NCBI GenBank assembly: GCA_003218515.1 | Contig: QHNT01000055.1 | Location: forward strand, 10,644-74,643 | Source of the DNA: Verrucomicrobiota bacterium | Lineage (GTDB): Bacteria; Verrucomicrobiota; Verrucomicrobiia; Limisphaerales; AV2 | DNA: 64,000 bases | Reading direction: 5' to 3' | Part shown: positions 10,341-20,700 of the stretch, piece by piece | How positions within the stretch are numbered: position 1 is the stretch's first letter | How the letters are laid out: the number at the start of each line of letters is the position of its first letter | The notes under the pieces: model-generated | The model's database searches: none | What the model was told of the DNA's origin: nothing | The model's input: only the letters and a program-made list of their open reading frames with translations | Position numbers and translations under genes: made by a program

Positions 10341-10379
10341 AAACAAAAAAGGGCGGCCCGTAACCGAGTCGCCCCGCCC
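10341..10379 (-). terminator. Candidate rho-independent terminator closing the long minus-strand array
   Basis: On the minus strand, GGGCGG...CCGCCC (6-bp GC stem, long loop) is followed by TTTTTTGTTT. It lies ~150 nt downstream of the thioesterase stop. A separate perfect 8-bp hairpin (cgtcggct/agccgacg, 10485-10505) sits just after the stop but has no U-tract. Confidence 0.4.
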
Positions 10380-10528
10380 TCATGTGAAAGGGACCGCACC
10401 GCATGTTGGACAAGCACGCTGAAATGAAGCTTTGGAACGGGCAGTGTCCTGATTCAGCGTCGAGTGGGCTGTCCTCGGCACACTCGTCGGCTGAGACAGC
10501 CGACGCTACAATTCAATTCAGGGCATTC

Positions 10529-11515
10529 CTATTTGACACTCCGTGCGCGGCACTCCCTGAAGAGCTCGGCAAACACAGGTGCGTAATGCTCGCGGAGCAT
10601 GATGTCGGTGTTGCAACCGTCCGGTCCGAAGTATTCCTCGGCGTGCTGCGCCACTGATCTCCACCGCAGTGGTTCATTGCCAGAGCGCACCCATTCTTTG
10701 CACGGCAAGAACAGGCTGACACGGCCCGCGAAGTGACCGGGTGTGTAGCGACGCGCCGCCGCAATCGTGGCGCGCTCAACCTTGGCGCGCAGGACCAGCA
10801 CTGAATCCGGCTCGGCAGGACGCTCAGCAGTTCGTTGCGCCTCGTGGTTGCGCAGTTTCTCGGCGATGTACAACCGCCGTTCCCTGGAGGACCGCGATGC
10901 CAGCGCCCGGGTGTGCGTGATCACTCGCGCCACCTGATCCACGAGTTGCTGCCGCAGTTGCGGCAGCAACCGGTACGAGGTCGGATAAGGGGCGCCAAAC
11001 AGGGCGAGAAAGCTGATCGCCGCGCGTTCCTGCAGGAGTTGGCGCCCCAACTCGAAAGCGATGGTGCCGCCGGTGCAGAAGCCGGCGATGATGTAAGGTC
11101 CGCCCGGTCGGAACGCGCGGATCTGGGCTGCGAAGTACGCCGCGAGGTCCTCGATGCGGGTGAGCGGTTCGCTCTGGCCGTCGCGACCGGGAGGCTCGAG
11201 CCCGTAGAACGGCTGATCGTCGCCCAAGTGCCGCGCGAGAGCGCGGTAGCAGAAGACGTCGCCGTTGTGCCCGGCCACGGCAAAAATGGGGGTGCGCTTC
11301 CCGCGCGGCTGCAGCGGCACGATGGCGCGCTGCTGCTGAGCAAGCGCTCCGGCCGAGTGCAGGAACTCCAGGATATCGTTCTTGCGTTGCTGCAACTGAT
11401 CGCGCAGCTCGGGTGTCAGCGCGTCGGCCGGAGCATTACACCGCAGCCGATCGCCGTCGGCCCAGACCTGGATATCCCGGCGGCGCAACTCAGCGAGCAA
11501 GGCTGGCACCCTCAT
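10529..11515 (-). CDS. Stand-alone thioesterase with N-terminal TubC-type beta-hairpin docking domain; nucleophile motif GxCxG
   Basis: ATG at 11515 overlaps the NRPS stop (ATGA). MRVPALLAELRRRDIQVWADGDRLRCNAPADALTPELRDQLQQRKNDILEFL looks like a TubC_N docking domain. The alpha/beta-hydrolase TE core PIFAVAGHNGDVFCYRALARHLGDDQPFYGLE...IIAGFCTGGTIAFELG has Cys (codon 11075-11077) where GxSxG Ser is expected. Confidence 0.8.
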   Translation of the reverse strand: MRVPALLAELRRRDIQVWADGDRLRCNAPADALTPELRDQLQQRKNDILEFLHSAGALAQQQRAIVPLQPRGKRTPIFAVAGHNGDVFCYRALARHLGDDQPFYGLEPPGRDGQSEPLTRIEDLAAYFAAQIRAFRPGGPYIIAGFCTGGTIAFELGRQLLQERAAISFLALFGAPYPTSYRLLPQLRQQLVDQVARVITHTRALASRSSRERRLYIAEKLRNHEAQRTAERPAEPDSVLVLRAKVERATIAAARRYTPGHFAGRVSLFLPCKEWVRSGNEPLRWRSVAQHAEEYFGPDGCNTDIMLREHYAPVFAELFRECRARSVK

Positions 11516-13320
11516 AGCTCGATCTCCACCCTGTCGCCGGCAAGGGCGGGCTGCTGCCGGGAGCTTGCTGCCCACACGAGGGCATCGATGGCCTCGGCCA
11601 GCGCTGAAACAGTCGGCCGTTCAAAGAGAACACGAAGCGGCAAATCGAGGCCCGAGGCGGCACGAAGTTGAAACATGATCCGGGCCGCCATGAGCGAATG
11701 GCCGCCGAGGTCAAAGAAGTTGTCGAACACCCCGAAATCGGTGCGGCCAAGCACACCGCGGAATACGCTCGCGACCATTTCTTCACTGGGCGTCCGAGGG
11801 TCAACCGCGACGGCGCTTGGCAACCCATCTCCCAGGCTGGGCGCCGGCATCGCCTTGCGATCGAGTTTGCCGTTGTGGGTTCGCGGCAGCGCCTTGAGCA
11901 TGACGAAGTGGGCGGGGACCATGTACTCGGGCATGGCGGCGCGCACCAGCGCGCGCAACTGACCGACCAGGTCGGCCGGCGGGTTCTCGGCGACGAGATA
12001 GGCAACGAGGCGCTTATCCCCCGGGGTGTCCTCGCGCGCGATGACTGCGACCTCCCGAACGGCGGGGTGCTGCGCGATACCGGCCTCGATCTCCCCCACT
12101 TCGATGCGAAAGCCGCGGAGCTTGATCTGGAAGTCAAGTCGGCCAAGGTGCTCGAGCGTGCCGTCATTGCGCCAACGTGCGCGGTCACCGGTGCAGTAGA
12201 GGGTAGCTCCTGGGGTCGTGCCGAACGGGTCCGGGATGAATCGGTCGGCGGTGAGCTCGGGGCGATTCCAGTAACCGAGAGCGACCCCATCGCCTCCGAT
12301 GCACAATTCGCCAGGGACGCCGACAGGGCACAGGCTCTTCCGCACGTCGAGGACGCGGACGGTGGTATTGGCAATTGGCTTGCCGATGGTGATCCCGTTG
12401 GAGGTGTTGGTAATGCGGGCGCAGGTGGACCAGACCGTGGTCTCGGTGGGGCCGTACATATTCCACAACTCAATGCCGCCTGCGATCAACTGATCAGCAA
12501 GATCTTCAGGCATTGCTTCGCCACCGACCAACGCCTTGAACGCCGTCCTGGGGGTCCAGCCTGCCTCCAACAGCAGGCGCCAGGTGACCGGGGTGGCTTG
12601 CATGACGCTGGCGCAATGCCGTTCAAGGAGGCAACCGAGGGCATGGCCGTCGACGGTTTCATCGTGGGTCGCGATAACGACCGTGGCGCCAACCGTGAGC
12701 GGCAGGTAGAGCTCGAGCACGGCAATGTCAAAGGATAAGGTGGTGACGGCCACGAGCACGTCATTGGCGGTGAGGCCGGGCTCGCGGGCCATGCTGCTGA
12801 GGAAATTGACGACCGCGCGGTGTGGCACGACGACGCCCTTGGGTTTGCCGGTGGAACCGGAGGTGTAGATGACATAGGCCGGGTCCCCGGGCTGCGTAGC
12901 ACACACATCGGCCGGCACATGGGTATCCGACGTGGAATGGATGGTCTCGCCATCGGCCTCGAGAAGCAGATGGGCGCCCTGGAGCGGCTCGTCCAACAGC
13001 ACAAGACTGACGGCGCTGCCCTCCAGACCGGCAGCCAGATTCTTTTGGGTGACGACAACGGCGACGCGCGAGTCGGCGAGCATGAAGGCGAGCCGCTCTT
13101 TCGGGAAGGCCGGGTCGAGCGGCAAATAGGCGCCGCCAGCCTCGAGAATGCCCAAAATGCCGACGACCATCTCCAACGAGCGTTCCACGCAAATACCCAC
13201 AAGCACGTTTGGGCCGACGCCCAATTTGCGCAAATGCTGAGCGAGCTGATTGGAACGGCGATGTAATTCCCGGTAAGTGACGTGCTGATCTCGGAACGTA
13301 ACCAGACACGCGGCGCTTGG
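11512..13320 (-). CDS. NRPS module 2 adenylation + thiolation (A2-T2), Gly-like code; no convincing own start, out of frame with upstream C domain
   Basis: ORF 11512..13461. Homology starts only at ...ACLVTFRDQHVTYRELH... (A1 core), followed by YTSGSTGKPKG, NMYGPTE, GELCIGG, YCTGD and T-domain FFDLGGHSLMAA. The first ~45 codons of the ORF are an out-of-frame read of the C domain. Confidence 0.75.
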   Translation of the reverse strand, partial: PSAACLVTFRDQHVTYRELHRRSNQLAQHLRKLGVGPNVLVGICVERSLEMVVGILGILEAGGAYLPLDPAFPKERLAFMLADSRVAVVVTQKNLAAGLEGSAVSLVLLDEPLQGAHLLLEADGETIHSTSDTHVPADVCATQPGDPAYVIYTSGSTGKPKGVVVPHRAVVNFLSSMAREPGLTANDVLVAVTTLSFDIAVLELYLPLTVGATVVIATHDETVDGHALGCLLERHCASVMQATPVTWRLLLEAGWTPRTAFKALVGGEAMPEDLADQLIAGGIELWNMYGPTETTVWSTCARITNTSNGITIGKPIANTTVRVLDVRKSLCPVGVPGELCIGGDGVALGYWNRPELTADRFIPDPFGTTPGATLYCTGDRARWRNDGTLEHLGRLDFQIKLRGFRIEVGEIEAGIAQHPAVREVAVIAREDTPGDKRLVAYLVAENPPADLVGQLRALVRAAMPEYMVPAHFVMLKALPRTHNGKLDRKAMPAPSLGDGLPSAVAVDPRTPSEEMVASVFRGVLGRTDFGVFDNFFDLGGHSLMAARIMFQLRAASGLDLPLRVLFERPTVSALAEAIDALVWAASSRQQPALAGDRVEIEL

Positions 13321-16300
13321 GTGAAGCGACCATCGCTTCGAGCAGCGAGCGCCAATTCGTCGCCATGCGCGCGATAGTCTGCTCCTCGAACAGATCGGTG
13401 GCGTACTCGAAGAGTGCGCTGAGTCCCTCGGCCGTCTCCTGCACGTGCAGCGTGAGGTCAACCATTGCCACTCCGGGGTCCACCTCGAGCGGGCTGAGCG
13501 TAAGGCCCGGCAGGTCCAGCGGCCGCAGCGGCGCGTTCTGCAGCGCGAACATCACCTGGATCACGGGGTTGCGGCTGAGGTCGCGCGCGGGTCGCAACTC
13601 CTCCACCAGCCGCTCGAAGGGCAGGTCCTGGTGCGCAAAAGCGTCCAGGCACACTTCGCGCATGCGGCCGAGGAACTCCTTGGCCGACGGATCGCCCGAT
13701 AGATCGGTGCGCAGCACCAGGGTGTTGACGAAAAAGCCCACCACATCCTCGATCTCGGCGCGGTTGCGGTTGGCAACTGGCGTGCCGACAAGAAGGTCTT
13801 GCTGACCGCTGTAGCGCGAAAGCAGCGCCGTGAAACCGGCCAGCAAAGTCATGTAAAGCGTCGCGCCCTCGCGCCGCGCAAACCCGCGCAGCGCCGCAGT
13901 CAGCTCAAGGGGCAAGCTGAACGAATAAAGCGCCCCGCGGTTGCTCTCCACGGCCGGCCGCGGCCGATCGGCGGGCAACTCAAGCACTTGAGGAGACTCA
14001 GCAAGACGCGACCGCCAGTGCACGAGCAGTCCCTCCAGCGCTTCGCCCTGCAGCCAGTTGCGCTGCCAACGCGCAAAGTCACGATACTGAAAACGAAGCG
14101 CCGGCATCGTTGCCCCCTCTCCCCGGCAGAAGCGGCCATACAACTCGCCCAGCTCCCGGAACAAAATGCCCAGCGACCAGCCGTCGGAAATGGCGCTCAA
14201 GTCCACCACCGGCAGCAGCGTCCACTCGCCCGGCTCCGACACAACCTGCAGCGGCCGTCCCTCGACGTTCACGAAGCTCGTGCGCAGCGACTCATGGCGG
14301 CGGACGAGCTCCCCGAGCGCGCGCTCAAGCATCGGCGCATCGAGCGCCCCGCGCATCTCGAGGGCTCCCGCGATCACATAAGTCGCCTTTCCGGGCTCCA
14401 TCTGGTCCAGGAACCAGAGCCGCTGCTGCGAGAAAGAAAGTTCCGCCGGTCCGGGTTCCGCGGCCGCCTCCAATGGCCGAGCCGTTAGACCAGGCGCGGA
14501 GCCCGCCTGCAACACCCCGATGCGCGCCGCCAGGCGCGCAACCGTCGGGGCGGCGAAGAGATCGCGCAACGGCAACTCGACGGCGAGCGCCTGGCGCACG
14601 CGGGAAACGACCCGCATGGCCAGCAGCGAATTGCCGCCCAACTCGAAGAAGTCTTTGTCGATCCCCACACGCTCGAGGCCGAGAACCTCCGCCCAAGTGC
14701 CGGCCAGAATCTCCTCGGTGGGAGTTCGCGGTGCCAAGCAGGCAATCTGCTCCGAGTCAGGGTGCCTGGGGACCGGCAGTCGCTTGCGGTCGATCTTGCC
14801 GTTAGGGGTAAGCGCAAAAGAATCCAGCAGGACAAAGGCTGCCGGAACCATGTACTCCGGCAGACTTGCGCGAAGCAGCGCGCGCAACTCGCACACCAGA
14901 TCGGCAGACGGCTTCTCGGCCACGACGTAGCCCACCAGGCGCTTGTCGCCCGGGACGTCCTCGCGCGCAAGCACCACCACCTCCCGTACGGCAGGGTGTC
15001 GGCTGAGGGTCGATTCGATCTCCCCCAGCTCGACGCGAAAGCCGCGGATTTTGACCTGGTGATCAATGCGCCCGAGAAACTCGATACACCCGTCTGCGCG
15101 GAATCGCACCAGATCACCCGTCTTGTAGAGCCGCGCCCCGGCCTCACCGCTGAACGGATCGGGGACAAACTTCTGCGCGGTCAGCTCCGGCTGGAGCAGA
15201 TACTCGCGTGCCAGTCCATCGCCCCCGATGCACAACTCCCCGTACACACCGATCGGCACCGGCTGCATGTGGTGGTCCAGAACGTACACCCTCGTGTTGC
15301 TGATCGGTCGGCCAATCGGAACCGTCTGATCGATGCGGCTCTGCGCCGTCATGACGTGACAGCAGGTAAAGGTGGTGTTCTCGGTCGGACCGTACCCGTT
15401 GATGAGCCGGTTCTTTCCGACCATTTCGAGCATCCGGCGCACATGGGAAACGGACAACGTCTCTCCCCCTGTCAGCAGTTGGCGCACGCCCTGCAGACAT
15501 CCGATCTGCTCGTCAACCATCTGGTGAAACAGCGCCGCCGTCAGCCAAAGCGTGGTCACGCCATGCTCTTGAATCACGCGACCCAGCTCTTGTAGCGACA
15601 GCGGCCCCGCAGGGCACACCACCAGCCGGGCACCGTTGAGCAGACTGCCCCAAAGCTCCAAGGTGGACGCATCGAACGAGATCGGCGCAAACTGCAGGAA
15701 CACCTCTGGCGGACCCAACTCCACATAATTCGTGGACTTCACCAGACGCACCACGCTGCGGTGCTCGATGCAGGTCCCCTTGGGCCGACCGCTGGAGCCC
15801 GAGGTGTAGATCACGTACGCGAGGTTGCGGGCGTTGAGCCCAACGTTCAGGTCGTTCTGGTCCTCGAGCGCGATCTGCGGCCAGTCCGCATCCAGAAATA
15901 CGGTTCGCCCGGCACACGCCGGCAATCTGTCGCGCAGTTTGGCCTGTGTCAGCAGCACTGGCGCGGCAGTGTCCTCGAGCATGAAGCTCAGGCGCGACGC
16001 CGGATAATCGGGATCCAATGGCACGTACACCCCTCCCGCCTTGAGAATGCCCAGGATCCCCACCACCGTCTCCAGGCTGCGCTCCACGCAGATGCCGACC
16101 ATGACTTCCGGCCCCACCCCATGACGCGCCAGGTAACGGGCGATTTGATTAGCCCGGTCATTGAGTTCTCGGTACGTGAGCCGCTGTCCCTCATACTCGA
16201 GCGCTACTGCGTCGGGCGTGCACCTCGTTTGCGCCTCAAAAATTTCGTGGATACACGAATTGCGCGGGTAATCCACGGCTGTTTGGTTCCAATCCACCAG

Positions 16301-17749
16301 CAGTTGCTGGCGCTCAGCATCGGTGAGCAACGGTAACGTGGAAATACTTTGGTCCGGCTCGCGGGCGATCGCTTCCAGAAGGTTTCCGAAATGTCCACAT
16401 AGACGCCGAATGGTCTGAGCTTCGAATAAATCCGAGCAGTACTCAAACCGTCCCTGGTAATCTGCGGCGTCCTCGTAGAGATGAAGACTTAAATCAAACT
16501 GGGCGAACTTCAGATCAAAATGAAAGCTGCTGATGTCCAGGTCGCCGATTCTCGGCGGGGTGCCGGCCAACACCTGCAACACGACCTGAAAGACAGGATT
16601 CCGGCTTGGGTCCCTTTCAAACTTCAGGTGTTGCGTCAGGGCTTCGAAGGGCAGGTCGCTGTTGGAAAAGGCATCGAGCGTTGTGTCCCGAGTCCTTCGC
16701 AGCAATTCGATAAAGGTTGGATTGCCCGACAGGTCGCATCGCAAGGCAGCCATGTTGAGGATAAGCCCGATCAACGGCGCGAGCTCGCCGGGGTTTCTCG
16801 CAGCGAGAGGCGTTCCAATAACAATATCCTCCGCGCTGGAATACCGCTGAAGCAGCACTTGAAAGGCCGCCAAGACGGTCATGAAAAACGTGCAGCCTTC
16901 GCGCGCGCCGAGTGACTTCAGGTCCTGCACCAGCGCGGCGGGGATGTTGAAAAAGACATTCGAGCCGTGGAAGGACTGGAGGGCCGGCCTGGGTTTGTCC
17001 GCGGGCAACTCGAGGACGGGAAGCGTGCCGTCCAACTGCTTCTGCCAGAACTCAATCTGTTTGGCATAGGCGGCTTCATTGAGCATCATGTTCCGCTGCC
17101 ACAGGGCAAAATCCCCATACTGCACGGTCAACTCGGGTGGACGCGTTTCGATACGCTCGGTGAACGCCCGATAAAACGTGTTCAGCTCGTTCAACAGCAG
17201 CTCAATGGACAGTCCGTCCGCCACGATGTGATGCAGGTTGATGATTAAGACGTGTTCGGCTTCCCCCAGCTTGAACAAGGAGACGCGGATCAGCGGGAGC
17301 CGAGACAGGTCGAACGATTTGACGGATACTTCCGAGGCCAGGGCTTGCAGTCTGTTCTCGCGTTCCTCGCCCGCGACGTGATCCAGTTCCGTGACATTTA
17401 TTTTGATTTTGAGTTCGGGATGGATGAGTTGCAGGGGCTCTTCGTCCTTCACGGCGAACGTGGTTCTCAGTGCCTCATGCCGTTTGATGACTTCATTGAA
17501 GCTGTCTTCCAGAGCCGTCAATTTCAACTGGCCACGAAGACGAAATCCGTACGGCAGGTTATAAGCCGGATTACCCGGCGTCATCTGATCGATCAACCAC
17601 ATCTGGCGTTGAGTAAACGACAGGGGGGCGGAGTCACGATTGGGCCGTCTGGGTATTTCAGGACGCCTGGCCAAACCGTGGGAAGCCCTCTTCCAGCGCC
17701 GCTCCAGCAGCGCTTGCTTCACCGGTGAAAGCGTGGATGACTTCTGCAT
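13319..17749 (-). CDS. NRPS: C1-A1(Val-like)-T1-C2(degenerate). Reading frame runs on as nonsense to 12761
   Basis: ORF 12761..17893, with the likely start at M49 (17749), after the PKS stop at 17784. C1 has HHIVADGLS. A1 has YTSGSSGRPKG, NGYGPTE and YKTGD. T1 is FFELGGNSLLAM. C2 lacks HH (VVDLSA|ISDGWS). Homology ends at ...LLEAMVASP (about 13319). Confidence 0.8.
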
Positions 17750-17783
17750 AAGACTCAGGTCACTCTCTGGCGGGAGGCTAAAG

Positions 17784-20700
17784 TCACTCGCTCGAGACAA
17801 GCTGCCGAGCTTCCTCATCCGTGAGCGCTTCAATTTCAGCGACGAGTTGCTCTTTGATACACTTTGAAAGTTCGGCGATCGTTGGTGCGTCAAACAGCGC
17901 TCTTACCGGCAGGTCGATCTGAAAAGCCTTGCGTAATTCGGATACGATCCGAATGGCAATAAGAGAGTGCCCTCCCAGTTGGGAAAAAGCGTCATGGATT
18001 CCTATTTCGTCAATCCCGAGCGCATCCTCCCAAACGCGAGCAATCTGTTGCTCGGTTTCATCACGCGGAGCGTCATATTGCGTTGGCAAACTGGGCCGCT
18101 GGGAAAGCGGCGATCGGGTCGGACCGGCTGCGTCCGCCAGTCCCGCTGGATTCAGCGACTCCAGGTTGATCCATTGCTTGATCCTTGCGGCCAGATCGCC
18201 GGTGGACACAACGAGTTGGCTGGCGGTCCTCACCGCCAGGACAGTTTCCATCATCGTCGTCGCTTCTTCGGCGCTCATGCCCAGTTCCTTGAGCGTTGTC
18301 CCGAGACCCGAACCAAACGCGGCTTGATCGTGAATGCGCCATACGTCCCAGTTCACACTCAGCCAACGAACGGGGGACGTCCGCTTATGCCTGCGCGCAA
18401 ACGAGTCCATGTAGATATTGGACGAGGCATAGGCGGCTTGCCCGATTCCTCCGAGAATGGATGTCAAAGAGGACAGCAGCAGGCAGAAGTCCAATGTTTT
18501 GCCCTTGAGTACGTCTTCCAACACAAGCAAGCCGTGCGCCTTGGCCTGAAAGTGCGAGTCGCAATTGTCATCGTTGCTGTCTTTGATTTCCCGATAGCCG
18601 TCCTCCCCGACGACGCCGGCCCCATGGATGACACCATGGAGGTTGCCAAAGCGTTGATACGCTTGCTCGATGGCGCCACGCATCGCGTTGACATCCGCCA
18701 CACTCGCGTTCACGTACAAAACCCTGCCGCCCAGTTTCTCGATCCTTTCGATGGTGCGGATTCTCGCGCTGACGGGATCATCAGCCGGGTGGCTGGCAAT
18801 CCATGTGTCCCAGGCTTTCCTGGCGGGGAGGCTGGAACGCCCCACCAACACCAGGCTGGCTCTGTACTTTTCGGCCAGGTATTCTGAAATTGCGACGCCG
18901 ATCCTGCCAAGTCCACCTGTGATCAGGTACACGCCGCCCTCTCGGAGGGACGATCGGGCTTGAGCGGTGTTGCCTGATACAACTGGCTCATAGGTCTGGA
19001 CCCAGCGCTGCGTGTTTCGATAGGCAACGAACAAGCTCGAATCAGAATCAAGAAATTCGCCAAAAACAAGATCCGCGGCTGATTCATGCTCACTGGCATG
19101 CTCAGAGACATCCACATCAATACTCTTCAGTCGGATATTTGGGTATTCCTGACGGATCACCATACACGGCCCCAGCAGCGTCGATTTTTCCGGGCATAGT
19201 GTTTCTGTGCCGCAGACCTCCTGGACGTTGTTGGAAAGGACGAACAGTTTGATCTCGTGTCCAACGTTGTGTGCGGCGAGTGCTTTGGCGAGAAAGAGCA
19301 GGCTGTAGAAGCCCAGAGCCTGCGCCTGTGCGAAAGTGCCGGCTTCCGGCTGGGCGGAAGGGATTCCGCTGACGCTCCACGCATGGACGATACGATTCGG
19401 CAGTGACTGGTTCGTCTGCAAGGCTCGGATCAACAAATCATAGTGTTGAGAGTTGGCTGGTTCGATTGTGAAACTGCGCGGGTCCGCTTGTCGAAAACCG
19501 CTGCCGGCCTTCACGGTAACCACGTTCTGACCGGCGGACTTTAATCGTGTGATCAAAACCGAGGTGAAACCACAGTCATTCGCATAGACCAGCCATGTTC
19601 TGGTTTTTTCCATCCGCAAAGCCGCCTCCTGGCTGCTGACGGTCATCGGCAAGAGACGTTTCCACGATGGCACGTATAACCATTGAGAAGTATCCGGGTT
19701 CTTTTGAACCGACACTTGTGGTTGCCGGCCCACGTCCGGAAGAGAAACCGGTTCCAGCCAGTGCTGCTGTCTTTCAAAGGGATAGGTCGGCAACGGAACT
19801 CTGCGCCGCTGTTCTCCAGAGTGCGCATTTTCCCACTTGATCCCGGCTCCTGACAGCCAGAGCCTGCCGATGCCGTGCCACAGAAATTCAACATCCGACT
19901 GGTTTTCATAATGGTGCCTGATCGAGGAAACCGCCACGGGGTCTCCGGCATCCTGCCGGTCGGGATGCTGCATAGCCAGCACGCCCAGCGTCCGACCGGG
20001 CCCCGCCTCCAGGAGAATGGGATTCTTGAACTGCCACAGCTCATGCAAGGCGTCGCTGAACCTGGCTGTGTGATTGGCATGCCTGGCCCAATAGGCAGGC
20101 TTGACAGCCTCGCGTGCTGTTATCCACGTCCCGGAGACGTTGGATATGTACGGAATTGTCGGCTCGTTCAATTGAATCTTGTTCACCTCCGCTTGAAATG
20201 CCGTCACGATCGGATCAAGCATTCTCGAATGAAAGGCATGGGCATTCTGAACGCGCCGACAAATGATGCTCTTTTCGTTCAGCATCCTCTCGAACTCGGC
20301 CACAGCCGCGACCGGACCGGCCACGACACACAAGCATGGACCGTTGATCAAAGAGATGGACAAATCTTCAGGGAGCAAGGGAAGCAATTTATTTTCCGGC
20401 AGGGTAACGGCAAGCATGGCTCCCTGAGGCAACTCATTGACCAGCCTGGCTCGCGTTGCAATCAGCCGCAACGCATTCTCCAGCGACAACACCCCAGCCA
20501 GACACGCCGCCACGTATTCACCCATGCTGTGGCCGACAATAGCGTCCGGGGTGACGCCCAACGATTGCCAGAGACGGCTCATCGCATATTCGATTGTGAA
20601 CAGCGCCGGCTGGGCAAACAGCGTCTGATTCAGATTCCCGGCGTCCTGATCCACCGGCGCATCGGTTTTTCGACCGAGCATCTGCTTTAAGTCAATTCCC

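Noticed and set aside
10180-10657. Small ORFs in the 345-nt spacer between the nuclease and the thioesterase (10180..10422+, 10205..10417-, 10403..10657+)
   Set aside because: They have no RBS or motif support and low-complexity translations. One overlaps the TE 3' end. The spacer is better explained by hairpin and terminator structures.
12486-13355. Third overlapping ORF (289 aa) across the NRPS A2 region, and the tail of ORF 12761..17893 downstream of 13319
   Set aside because: Neither shows any NRPS or other motif. Only the 11512..13461 frame carries A-domain core motifs here. They are read-through of wrong frames around the junction lesion.
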